Positions 55,511-64,000 of a DNA stretch of 64,000 bases are shown here, piece by piece; the stretch's first letter is position 1; every line of letters begins with the position of its first letter. Under the pieces are notes generated by a model that did no database searches, was not told where the DNA came from, and saw only the letters and a program-made list of their open reading frames with translations. The DNA comes from Janthinobacterium sp. Lineage in GTDB: Bacteria; Pseudomonadota; Gammaproteobacteria; Burkholderiales; Chitinibacteraceae. A program made the translations under genes and the position numbers. Location: assembly GCA_025360045.1 (NCBI GenBank), contig JANYCY010000087.1:23398-87397 (forward strand), in the 5' to 3' direction.

Positions 55511-57250
55511 TTAAATGCCTGCATCCAGCTGCTGCAACAGATAAAGCCGCTGGTAAATGCCGCGTTCGATTTGCATTAGTTCTTCGTGATTGCCTTTTTC
55601 TGCGATACGGCCATGGTTAAGTACGATGATTTGATCGGCGTCGCGGATGGTGGATAGGCGGTGGGCGATCGAGATCATGGTGACTTTACCGTGCAAGCGC
55701 GATAAAGCTTGCTGGACGATTTGCTCGGTTTCGCTGTCGATATGCGAGGTGGCTTCGTCCAGCAGCAGGATGCGCGGCTTGCCTGCCAGTGCGCGGGCGA
55801 TGGCGATCAGCTGCTTTTGGCCGGTAGAAAGCCGTGTGCCGCTTTCGCCCATATCGGTGTCGTAGCCGTTTTCTAAGCTTAAAATTAGCTCGTGTACATT
55901 GGCGGCTTTGGCGGCGGTTTCGATCTCTTCTTGGCTGAGTTTACGGCCCATATCGATATTGTCGCGCGCGCTGGATGCCAGCAGAAACGGGTCTTGTGGC
56001 ACCAAGCCTACGCCACTTCTGAACGCGGCATCGCCAATTTCGAGTAGCGGATAACCATCAATTTCGATTTCCCCCGCTTGCGGGGTATAAAAGCGTAGCA
56101 GCAGGGAGAGGAGTGTCGATTTACCGCTGCCAGTATGGCCGACAATGCCGTAGAAAGAGCCTGCTGGAATGGTGAGCGACAGATCGTGCAACACCGGGTG
56201 CTTGGCGTCATAGCCAAAAGCCACATCTTTAAAGTGCACCGCGCCTTTGCTAATTTGGCCCTCACCATCGCCATTGATGGCTTGTTTTTCACCCAGCAGC
56301 ACATTCACCCGCGCAGCAGAAACCACGGCCTGCTGGATTTGGCTAAATTGCATGGTGATTTGGATGAGCGGCTCAACTACCCGAGCGATATAGCTGACAA
56401 AGGCATAGAGCACACCAATTTCTAGGCCGCTAAAGCTTTGCTGGCCAAACATCCAAATCACCGTGGCAAGCAGCGCCACATTTAAAAAGTCCAGCGCAGG
56501 GCGCAGCAGCCAAGCATTGGCACGCAGTTCGGCCATCCGTGCGCCGTAGAGGCTATGGTTGGTTTTTTGAAAGCGTGCGGTAAAGCGTTGCTCTGAATTG
56601 GTCGCCTGTAAAACGCTCATCCCAGCGATGGATTCGGCCATCTGGGCGTTGATATCGCTGCGTAGCTGACGCGCCTTAGTCACCGATGGCGCACTCCAGC
56701 GTTGATACAGCCAAACAATTAAAACCACTGCCGGAATTAGGATCAGTACGACCAGCATCAGTCGCCAATTGAGCCAAGCCATCGCCGCCAACGTGCCGAG
56801 CACCACTATCAGGCTATCGAGCATTACAAACAGCACTTGCACATACAGCGCTTTGACTGATTCGGTATCGTTGGTTACGCGGCTTACTAGCTGGCCGGTG
56901 ATGGCTTTATCAAAAAATGCCATCGGCAGCGCTAACACATGGCTATACACCTGCTCACGTAAACGCTTGACCGAGCGCATCGCTACACCGGCAAGCCGTA
57001 GCAATTGCAAATAGCGGATCAAAGACGCTGCCCAGCCGCAAGCCAGAGCACCACCCAGCAGCATAAAAATCTCTGGCCAGTTTAAAACGCGCGGCAAGAG
57101 ATGCTGATCAATAAACGCCTTACCCAACAGCGGCCCAGCAGCCTCGAGTAGCGCAGCGCAGATCAGCCAGAATAAACCCAGCCACAAATGGCGGCGCTCT
57201 GGCAGCGCGGCCTTATTAAGCAGCGAAATAGCTTGCTTACGTTCGCTCAT
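55511..57250 (-). CDS. mdlB: Heterodimeric multidrug-type ABC exporter subunit (MdlB-like)
   Basis: TM domain; GHTGSGKST, VPQDP, degenerate LSTGQKQ, LLDEATS; partner of the upstream half-transporter. Confidence 0.85.
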   Translation of the reverse strand: MSERKQAISLLNKAALPERRHLWLGLFWLICAALLEAAGPLLGKAFIDQHLLPRVLNWPEIFMLLGGALACGWAASLIRYLQLLRLAGVAMRSVKRLREQVYSHVLALPMAFFDKAITGQLVSRVTNDTESVKALYVQVLFVMLDSLIVVLGTLAAMAWLNWRLMLVVLILIPAVVLIVWLYQRWSAPSVTKARQLRSDINAQMAESIAGMSVLQATNSEQRFTARFQKTNHSLYGARMAELRANAWLLRPALDFLNVALLATVIWMFGQQSFSGLEIGVLYAFVSYIARVVEPLIQITMQFSQIQQAVVSAARVNVLLGEKQAINGDGEGQISKGAVHFKDVAFGYDAKHPVLHDLSLTIPAGSFYGIVGHTGSGKSTLLSLLLRFYTPQAGEIEIDGYPLLEIGDAAFRSGVGLVPQDPFLLASSARDNIDMGRKLSQEEIETAAKAANVHELILSLENGYDTDMGESGTRLSTGQKQLIAIARALAGKPRILLLDEATSHIDSETEQIVQQALSRLHGKVTMISIAHRLSTIRDADQIIVLNHGRIAEKGNHEELMQIERGIYQRLYLLQQLDAGI

Positions 57251-57358
57251 AGATCAACCTTTTTGCTTACAAGCAACTTCAAACCTGTAGGGGAAATTTA
57301 GTGTAAAGGCTTACAAACCCACCTGATCAACAAGATTCTTCAGTTGGCCTTGATAAAG

Positions 57359-57622
57359 AGCTAAACCTTGAACCACAGTAGTAAAACGAGGACACAGAGG
57401 CCACAGAGAAAACCATCAAACCTACCGTTTCCTCTGTGAAACTCTGTGCTCTCTGTGTCCTCTGTGGTTCGAGATTTTGCTCTCTCAACTTTAAGTAGAA
57501 TCTTTAAAATCAGGGAAACCCAAGTTTCAAAACACGGCGTTTCACGGAGAAAAAATGGAACATTGTTTTTCCTCTTGGCCCTCCGTGCCCTCTTTTACTC
57601 CGTGGTTTAAGGTTTGGGTTTG
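57359..57622. repeat. Two tandem CACAGAG-family repeats (57359-57478; degenerate 57520-57622) between mdlA and mdlB
   Basis: AAACCTTGAACCACAG...CTCTGTGGTTCGAGATTT and CACGG...CTCCGTGGTTTAAGGTTTGGG. Confidence 0.8.
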
Positions 57623-57627
57623 TTCGA

Positions 57628-59367
57628 TCACTCTTCCAAGCTTGCTTCCAGCTGTTGGTAGCGCCATTGGCTGGCGTACCAGCCGTCTAACTCGACCAGT
57701 TCTTGATGCGTGCCGCTTTCTACCACCTTGCCGTGTTTCAGTACCGCAATATGGTTGGCGTCGACCACGGCAGAGAGGCGGTGGCTGACGATAATCATGC
57801 TGCGTCCCTGCTTGGCGTCTCTTAGGTGATCCAAAATCTGCGTTTCGGTCTGTGTATCCACGGCTGACAGCGCATCGTCGAGTAGCAAGAGTGGTGCGTC
57901 AGACAATAGGGCGCGGGCGATGGCGACGCGCTGGCGTTGTCCGCCAGAGAGCGATACGCCTTTCTCGCCCACAGGGGTTTCATAGCCCTGCGGCAGGCGC
58001 AGAATATCGTCGTGCACTGCCGCCAGCTTGGCGACGCGCTCGATCTCGGCCTGCGTGGCGTCTGGCTTAATTAGGGCAATATTTTCTGCGACCGATGCCG
58101 AGAATAAAAATGATTCCTGAGGTACCCAGCTCATCGCCGAGCGGAGTTGCTGCAATTTATAGTCTTCAACATTCACGCCATTCCAGCGCACCGCGCCGCT
58201 TTGCGGATGGTATTGGCGCAGCAGCATACGCAGCAGCGTTGATTTACCCGAGCCCGTTGGGCCAACTAAGGCCAGCGTTTGCCCAGCAGCAAGGCTGAGC
58301 GAAATGCCCGCCAGTGCGGCATGGTTTTGTTCGGGGTAAGTAAACTCAATCGCATCAAAATTGAGTAAGCCACTGGGGGCGGTTTCAACGGTCCCGTGAT
58401 CATCCACGGAAAGAGGCTGACTGAGCAGCGGATCAAGCCGCGCCCATGCGGCCTTGCCTCGCTCCAGTAAGGAGAGCACCCAGCCCGCGGCAAACATCGG
58501 CCAGATCAGCTGGCCCAGATACATGCTAAAGCTGGTTAGCTCACCAATAGTCAGCTGATTGTGCCAAACCAGATAACCGCCTAAAGACAGCGTTAATACG
58601 CTGGCGGCAGTCAGCGTCATGCCGACTACCGGCTCAAATGCGGCCTCCCAGCGCTGTGCATCAAGGCTGGCCTTGGCTGCGTTTTCTGCAAGGCCAGATA
58701 GCACCTTGCTATTGCGGCCTTCTAAGCCCAATGCACGAAGTGTACGCACGCCAGCCAGTGTTTCTTGCACATGATCGTTCAGCGCCGAAAAGCGTTCCAG
58801 CGAATCGGTAGACGCCTGATGCACTTGGCGCGAGAGCCGCCAAAAACCAAGCGCCATCAGGGGGAAAGGCAGCAGGGCGACGGCGGCCAAGCGCCAATCT
58901 ATGCCCAGCGTCATCATCGCTAGCACTAGGATCAGCGTCATTGAGCCATCAAAACCAGCCAGCATGGCTTCACCCGCGGCCATCTCGACCGCATCGATAT
59001 CATTGGTGCCACGCGCCATCAAATCGCCAGTGCGTTGGCGGTGGTAAAACGCTGGGCCTTGGGCGGCTAGCTTTTGATAAAGCTGTACCCTTAGCTCTAT
59101 CCCTAGGCGATAGGCCGCGGTAAACAGTTGCAAGCGCCAGCCTACGCGTAAGAAGTAGATGGTTAGCCCCATCGCAACGAGTCCCGCCAGTTGCCAGAGC
59201 AGTAAATCAGGCGTCAGTGTTTTATTGACTAAGCCATCAATCAGTTGCCCCACTTTGCGTGGAATCCATACCGTCAGCACGGCCACAGCAAACAGCATCA
59301 GCGCAGCCAAAATATAGGCACGCCAATGGCGGCGGACAAAGTCGCCCAATAGTTTAAACAGCGTCAT
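57628..59367 (-). CDS. mdlA: Heterodimeric multidrug-type ABC exporter subunit (MdlA-like)
   Basis: RTGDLMARGTND, GPTGSGKST, VPQES, LSGGQRQR, LLDDALSAVD. Confidence 0.88.
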   Translation of the reverse strand: MTLFKLLGDFVRRHWRAYILAALMLFAVAVLTVWIPRKVGQLIDGLVNKTLTPDLLLWQLAGLVAMGLTIYFLRVGWRLQLFTAAYRLGIELRVQLYQKLAAQGPAFYHRQRTGDLMARGTNDIDAVEMAAGEAMLAGFDGSMTLILVLAMMTLGIDWRLAAVALLPFPLMALGFWRLSRQVHQASTDSLERFSALNDHVQETLAGVRTLRALGLEGRNSKVLSGLAENAAKASLDAQRWEAAFEPVVGMTLTAASVLTLSLGGYLVWHNQLTIGELTSFSMYLGQLIWPMFAAGWVLSLLERGKAAWARLDPLLSQPLSVDDHGTVETAPSGLLNFDAIEFTYPEQNHAALAGISLSLAAGQTLALVGPTGSGKSTLLRMLLRQYHPQSGAVRWNGVNVEDYKLQQLRSAMSWVPQESFLFSASVAENIALIKPDATQAEIERVAKLAAVHDDILRLPQGYETPVGEKGVSLSGGQRQRVAIARALLSDAPLLLLDDALSAVDTQTETQILDHLRDAKQGRSMIIVSHRLSAVVDANHIAVLKHGKVVESGTHQELVELDGWYASQWRYQQLEASLEE

Positions 59368-59626
59368 ATGGAGTGATCTCGAAAGCTTGAGGTGATGCAG
59401 GTAAGGAAGAGCGTTCTATTTTAATGCTTAGATATTACGCAAGAGTTTATCTAGGAATCGGTAAGCTGGGAAGCAAGCATTACCCACTTCTTGTGTATTA
59501 AATGTACGGTGTTTGGAGCGGAACGACGGCAATGTGCCTGCTGGTCGTCCTTTATAAATCGCAAGCAAGGGGTGGGCTGGTAAGATTCGGCTATAGCTAA
59601 TTAATTAAAGATTGAAGAGAGAAAAC

Positions 59627-60616
59627 ATGTCTTCCCATTACGATGTTCTTATTCTTGGCGCAGGCATGGCGGGTTTGAGCTGTGCGCGGCGTTTGCAGGA
59701 TGCAGGAAAAAAGGTTTTAGTATTAGAAAAAGCCTCGGTTTTAGGAGGGCGTATGGCTTGCCGCAGTACGGCTAAAGGCGAGTGGGATCATGGCGCGCAA
59801 TACGTTACCGCCAGCGATAGCGATTTTGCAGCGCAAGTTGCAAAGTGGCAGCAAGCGGGCTGTGTGGACGAATGGGCAGGCAAAGTTCAGGCATGGGATG
59901 GTGAATATTTTAGCCAGCCAACAGCAGTGCAGCGCTGGGTCGGTGTGCCAAGCATGGATGCGCCACTGCACCAGCTCGTTGAAGGCATCGAAGTTTTATT
60001 TGAGATTGATATCGATGGCATCCGAAATCTGGATGGCAGCTGGCAAGTGCTAGCAGGCGAGGAAAGCTGGCAAGCGAGCAAATTAGTACTGACGATGCCT
60101 GCCGACCAGCTTGCTCCGCTATTACCTAGCGATCATGCCTTAGCCGCCGTTGCCGCATCTTGCCCAATGGAGCCATGCTGGGCGCTGCTGATTCATTCTT
60201 CCAGACCGATAGATCTGCCTTTTGATGGCTTGTTTATTAATCAAGGCCCGTTTACTTGGCTGGCAAGAAACACCAGCAAACCGGGCCGTGGTGGCGAAGA
60301 AAACTGGGTGGTACATGCCTCGCCAGAATGGTCACGCGAGCACTTAGCTTTAACGCCAGATAAGGCCTGCGCACTATTAACCCGTGCTTTTGGCGATTTA
60401 TTCCACGATATGCCGGTCGATAATTTGCCGGTATTTAAGCTGCTACAAATGAGTGCCTATCGTTGGCGCTTCGCAAGCAGCAATATGCCAGCAGCAGAAA
60501 AGCCTTACGCATTGAGTGATGATGGTCTAGCAATAGCAGGGGATTGGCTGGCAGGCGGCAAAGTAGAAGGCGCTTACCGATCGGGGTTTGCTTTGGCTGG
60601 GGCTTTGTTGGTTTAG
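59627..60616 (+). CDS. Renalase-like NAD(P)/FAD-dependent oxidoreductase
   Basis: GAGMAGL, LEK....GGRM..R, WDHGAQY, W..HA..EWS, RWRFA, GDW..GG.VEGA..SG. Confidence 0.93.
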   Translation: MSSHYDVLILGAGMAGLSCARRLQDAGKKVLVLEKASVLGGRMACRSTAKGEWDHGAQYVTASDSDFAAQVAKWQQAGCVDEWAGKVQAWDGEYFSQPTAVQRWVGVPSMDAPLHQLVEGIEVLFEIDIDGIRNLDGSWQVLAGEESWQASKLVLTMPADQLAPLLPSDHALAAVAASCPMEPCWALLIHSSRPIDLPFDGLFINQGPFTWLARNTSKPGRGGEENWVVHASPEWSREHLALTPDKACALLTRAFGDLFHDMPVDNLPVFKLLQMSAYRWRFASSNMPAAEKPYALSDDGLAIAGDWLAGGKVEGAYRSGFALAGALLV

Positions 60617-60662
60617 GCTGAGGGAAAGCTTCAATCCTATCAATTTAAGCGAAATGTTTTTT

Positions 60663-60721
60663 GTAGAGCGAGTGCAGCCCGCGAGCCATGCTGAAAAACA
60701 CGCGGGTTGCACCCGCCCTAC
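60663..60721. repeat. GTAG-type REP doublet (class 1)
   Basis: GTAGAGCGAGTGCAGCCCGCG...CGCGGGTTGCACCCGCCCTAC. Confidence 0.85.
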
Positions 60722-60746
60722 AAAATTTGATTCTTTAGGTGGCGGC

Positions 60747-61268
60747 TTAAAACGGCATATCACCCGTTCTAAACTCCACACCCAGCGCCTCAGCAAGACT
60801 CAGCATTTCTTCGTCATCTGCGCTTCTCGCCATCCAGCCGCCATAGCAATCACTATCTGTTGCCCAATTCCATAGCGTGTAGCCGTGAGTGCGTAGCTGC
60901 TCAAAAGCGGCTTCCATCAGGTCGGGAACGCTGGTGTTGTCTAGAAACTCATCATCATCTGGGTCTTCTACGCCCCAGTCGATATTGATATCGACGCGTT
61001 CGGCCAATTTTTCTACGCTGGCGATAAAGGACTCGGTGTCTTTCCAATCAACAAAAAAGCCGGATTCCCAGTCGATCACATCTTTGATGACCCATATGAG
61101 CCCTAGCTCGTCGTCGCCATCATCATCGCTTTGAGTTTCTAGCTCTTCTGCAAATGCCGCCCATTGCGCTTCAACAGCGGCACTGTCATCTAGATTAATC
61201 AGTTCTAAAAGCCGTTTAACGGATGCTTCGTCAGTAGCGCTCACGGTGGACTCCTTTTGAAACAGCAT
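60747..61268 (-). CDS. Acidic hypothetical protein (DUF6630-like)
   Basis: Highly Asp/Glu-rich; F.VDWK and D.Y.GW patterns; start uncertain. Confidence 0.65.
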   Translation of the reverse strand: MLFQKESTVSATDEASVKRLLELINLDDSAAVEAQWAAFAEELETQSDDDGDDELGLIWVIKDVIDWESGFFVDWKDTESFIASVEKLAERVDINIDWGVEDPDDDEFLDNTSVPDLMEAAFEQLRTHGYTLWNWATDSDCYGGWMARSADDEEMLSLAEALGVEFRTGDMPF

Positions 61269-61480
61269 TGGTTGAAAGTGATCTGAAAGAAAATATTATG
61301 CTGATATATATTAAAAGTTGTTTTGAGCTCAAAAATCTGTGTGCAATGCCGAGATATCGCGGACTCTAAATATTAGTTTGATCATAATACGCTTGGATTG
61401 CACAGGCATTTACTTTAGCCAAGCTGTCAGTAAGATGCCACACTGCTTAGCTCAAGGCGGGAGCATTTGTTTTTTAAAAA

Positions 61481-61508
61481 GCAAAAACCCGCATTCAAGC
61501 GGGTTTGT
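61481..61508 (-). terminator. Intrinsic terminator after mnmE
   Basis: GCAAAAACCCGC-ATTCAA-GCGGGTTTGT. Confidence 0.75.
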
Positions 61509-61524
61509 CGATGAGTTTTCAGGC

Positions 61525-62859
61525 TTACTTGCCGATACAAAAGCGGCTAAAAATCACCCCAAGTAAATCATCAGAAGTAAATTGTCCGGTGATTTCGCTG
61601 AGCGCGTTTTGCGCTAGGCGTAATTCCTCTGCAAATATTTCGATTTGCAGATAGGCGCTTTCCGCTGTTACCAGATGGCTTTGGGCGCGGCGGATGGCGT
61701 TCAGGTGGCGCTCTCTGGCGATAAATACGCTGTCATCATGGCCGTGCCAGCCTACTAAGGTGAGCAGCTTGCTGCGTAGTTCATCCAAGCCGATGCCTGC
61801 TTTGGCGGAAACGTGGATTTCATTGTCGGCCACAATGCCTGGTACCTCGCCGGTCAGGTCAATCTTATTAAAGACGCGGAGCACAGGTAGCTCTGGCGGC
61901 AGCTTGTCGAGGATGGCTTGATCGTCGCTAGTAATGCCGATGCGGCTGTCGATCAGCAGTAGGGCGAGTTCGGCTTTGGCAATCGCTGCCCATGTGCGCT
62001 CAATACCGATTTTCTCAACCGTATCGGTGGTGTCGCGTAAGCCTGCTGTGTCGATAATATGCGCGGGCACGCCGTCGAGCTGAATCAGCTCGCGCACGGT
62101 GTCGCGGGTGGTGCCAGCAATATCGGTCACGATGGCGACTTCTTCGCCAGCGAGCGCATTCATTAAGCTGCTTTTACCTACATTGGGCTGGCCGATAAGC
62201 ACCACATGCATGCCTTCACGTAGCAATTTTCCCTGAGTAGCCGTGCCAAGCACGCGTTGTAGCTGGCTTTGCAGCTCTAGCAATTTGCCGTGTGCATTGG
62301 CAGCTTCTAGAAAATCGATGTCTTCTTCGGGGAAATCCAGTGTGGCTTCTACCAGCATGCGCAGGGTGATTAGCTCGTCGACCAGCACATGAATCTCACG
62401 CGAGAATGCGCCGTCGAGTGATTTAAGTGCCGATTTGGCGGCGGCTGTCGATTGGGCGTCGATTAGATCGGCAACGGCTTCGGCCTGAGCCAAATCCATT
62501 TTTCCATTAAAGAATGCGCGTTTGCTGAATTCACCCGCTTCGGCAAAACGCGCGCCTAGCTCTAGGCAGCGTGACAGCAGCATTTGCATCACCACAGGCC
62601 CACCGTGACCTTGCAGCTCCAGTACTTCTTCGCCGGTAAAGGAATTGGGGCCGGGAAAGTAGAGCGCAATGCCTTCATCTAACACCGTGGCGTCTGCAGC
62701 TTTAAAGCGGGCGAAGTGGGCGTAGCGGGGCGTCAAAGGTTTGCCGATGAGCTTGTCTACAATATCGCCCAAATGGCGGCCAGAAATGCGAATAACGCCC
62801 ACACCACCTCGACCTGGGGCAGTGGCAATGGCGGCGATGATGTCGGGGGTGTAAAGCAT
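61525..62859 (-). CDS. mnmE: tRNA modification GTPase MnmE (TrmE)
   Basis: [74 protein letters not shown]. Confidence 0.98.
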   Translation of the reverse strand: MLYTPDIIAAIATAPGRGGVGVIRISGRHLGDIVDKLIGKPLTPRYAHFARFKAADATVLDEGIALYFPGPNSFTGEEVLELQGHGGPVVMQMLLSRCLELGARFAEAGEFSKRAFFNGKMDLAQAEAVADLIDAQSTAAAKSALKSLDGAFSREIHVLVDELITLRMLVEATLDFPEEDIDFLEAANAHGKLLELQSQLQRVLGTATQGKLLREGMHVVLIGQPNVGKSSLMNALAGEEVAIVTDIAGTTRDTVRELIQLDGVPAHIIDTAGLRDTTDTVEKIGIERTWAAIAKAELALLLIDSRIGITSDDQAILDKLPPELPVLRVFNKIDLTGEVPGIVADNEIHVSAKAGIGLDELRSKLLTLVGWHGHDDSVFIARERHLNAIRRAQSHLVTAESAYLQIEIFAEELRLAQNALSEITGQFTSDDLLGVIFSRFCIGK

Positions 62860-62960
62860 ATTAGACTCGCTGAAAAAAGCTGTAGGCATAGAACTGAGCG
62901 TAGTGTGTATTAAGTCTGGTTTAGTGCGCTGTCTACAGATTTTTTACAAAGGTGGATAAG

Positions 62961-62985
62961 AAAAACGCCGCCCTAAGGCGGCGTT
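62961..62985 (-). terminator. Intrinsic terminator after yidC
   Basis: AAAAACGCCGCC-CTAA-GGCGGCGTT. Confidence 0.75.
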
Positions 62986-63001
62986 ATTTGGCAGTGACTT
63001 G

Positions 63002-64000
63002 TTAAGCTTTAGCTAGCTTAACCGGCTTGTCGTCATCTGCATTTTCAATCTGGCGCGTGATATACCATTGCTGGGCAATAGAAATCACGTTATTCACTAC
63101 CCAGTACACTACCAAGCCTGCTGGGAAGAAGAAAAAGAACACGCTGAACATCAGCGGCATAATCTTCATCATCTTAGCTTGCATCGGATCCGGTGGAGGA
63201 GGGGACAGCGATGTTTGGATATACATCGAGATCGTCATCAACACAGGCAGTACGTAGTAAGGATCTTTCACCGATAAGTCGGTAATCCAGAAAATCCATG
63301 GTGCTTGGCGTAATTCAACTGATGCCAGCAGTGCCCAGTAGAGTGCAATAAATACCGGAATCTGTACCAGCATAGGCAGACAACCACCTAGCGGATTCAC
63401 TTTTTCGGTTTTATACATTTCCATCACGGCTTGCTGGAACTTCATCTTATCATCGCCATGCTTCGCTTTTAGCTGTTCCATACGCGGTGCAAGCTTGCGC
63501 ATTTTAGCCATCGAGCGGTAGCTCGCAGCAGCCAGCGGGAAGAACATCGCTTTGATCAGCATGGTCAAGAGAATAATCGACCAGCCCCAGTTGCCAACCA
63601 TCTTGTGGATAAAATCCAGAACCGCAAAGATAGGCTTAGAGAAAATGGTGAAAATGCCATAGTCTTTAATCAGATCGAAGCCTTCGGCTACGGTGTTCAG
63701 TACGCGGGTTTCTTCTGGGCCAACAAATAGCGGAATGCTGGTTTCATACTTTGCATTGGCAGCAATTGTTGGTAAATCAACGATTACACCGGCAGAGTAC
63801 AAGCCATCAGGCAGTTTTTTTAGCTCGTAGCGAACACCATGAGCGCCGCCCACTGCTGGCAAGCCAGTAGGGGAAACGATCCAAGCCGTCGCAAAGTAGT
63901 GTTGCAACATGGCAACCCAACCGTCTTTCGCTGCTTGCTCGTAGGTGGCTTCACCTTTATCTAGCTTGCTGAATTCAACCTTTTGGAATTTCTTCTTGTC
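63002..64000 (-). CDS. yidC: Membrane protein insertase YidC, C-terminal part (runs off window end)
   Basis: [52 protein letters not shown]. Confidence 0.98.
   Translation of the reverse strand, partial: DKKKFQKVEFSKLDKGEATYEQAAKDGWVAMLQHYFATAWIVSPTGLPAVGGAHGVRYELKKLPDGLYSAGVIVDLPTIAANAKYETSIPLFVGPEETRVLNTVAEGFDLIKDYGIFTIFSKPIFAVLDFIHKMVGNWGWSIILLTMLIKAMFFPLAAASYRSMAKMRKLAPRMEQLKAKHGDDKMKFQQAVMEMYKTEKVNPLGGCLPMLVQIPVFIALYWALLASVELRQAPWIFWITDLSVKDPYYVLPVLMTISMYIQTSLSPPPPDPMQAKMMKIMPLMFSVFFFFFPAGLVVYWVVNNVISIAQQWYITRQIENADDDKPVKLAKA

Noticed and set aside
48233-57622. CACAGAG repeats and REP clusters as a CRISPR array
   Set aside because: Copies are dispersed hairpins with no constant repeat-spacer periodicity, and no cas genes are present
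61269-61525. Genomic island integrated at the mnmE 3' end (a known hotspot)
   Set aside because: No integrase and no att-like duplication of the mnmE end seen
62951-62959. DnaA box (TTATCCACC on the minus strand) indicating oriC
   Set aside because: Single mismatched box with no cluster or DUE; oriC is more likely beyond the window end
357-63277. Numerous antisense or alternate-frame ORFs overlapping housekeeping genes (for example 539-889, 16078-16632, 19985-20461, 21179-21694, 23314-23817, 44899-45216)
   Set aside because: Shadow ORFs of well-supported genes on the other strand or frame

Overview
Chromosomal segment of a betaproteobacterium. Gene order and proteins look Neisseriales/Chitinibacteraceae-like (an inference). 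The yidC-mnmE end suggests the window lies near the replication origin. Most of the window is conserved housekeeping: secA-M23-dciA, hda/purM/purN, sspAB-petCBA-nif3-HtrA, kdsD-kdsC-lptCAB-rpoN-hpf-ptsN-hprK-rapZ, ubiX, dtd, asd, purC, mdlAB, mnmE and yidC. The most striking accessory element is a ~6.9 kb cassette (8794-15666) between an RsmB/NOP methyltransferase gene and an S9 peptidase gene. It encodes an apparently complete class II microcin/bacteriocin system: a C39-peptidase ABC exporter, an HlyD adaptor, a 71-aa double-glycine precursor with a 56-aa glycine-zipper core and two Cys, a small membrane immunity candidate, and a second ABC permease/ATPase pair. The cassette is bracketed by a near-duplicated terminator and by inverted copies of a ~75-bp dRS3-like repeat. 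A MATE gene is bracketed by the same repeat in the same way. The intergenic space carries several dispersed repeat families: GTAG-type REPs/REPINs, the dRS3-like repeat, a CACAGAG 9-mer hairpin family, an ERIC-like element, and a ~330-bp element that has apparently inserted into a REPIN arm with terminal inverted repeats and a target duplication. Other uncharacterised modules are an orphan pilin, a NusG-II/Gx-transporter/ubiX unit and an OsmC-YcaO fusion. No rRNA, tRNA, CRISPR array, integrase or transposase was seen. All family assignments come from motif recognition by eye; no searches were run.
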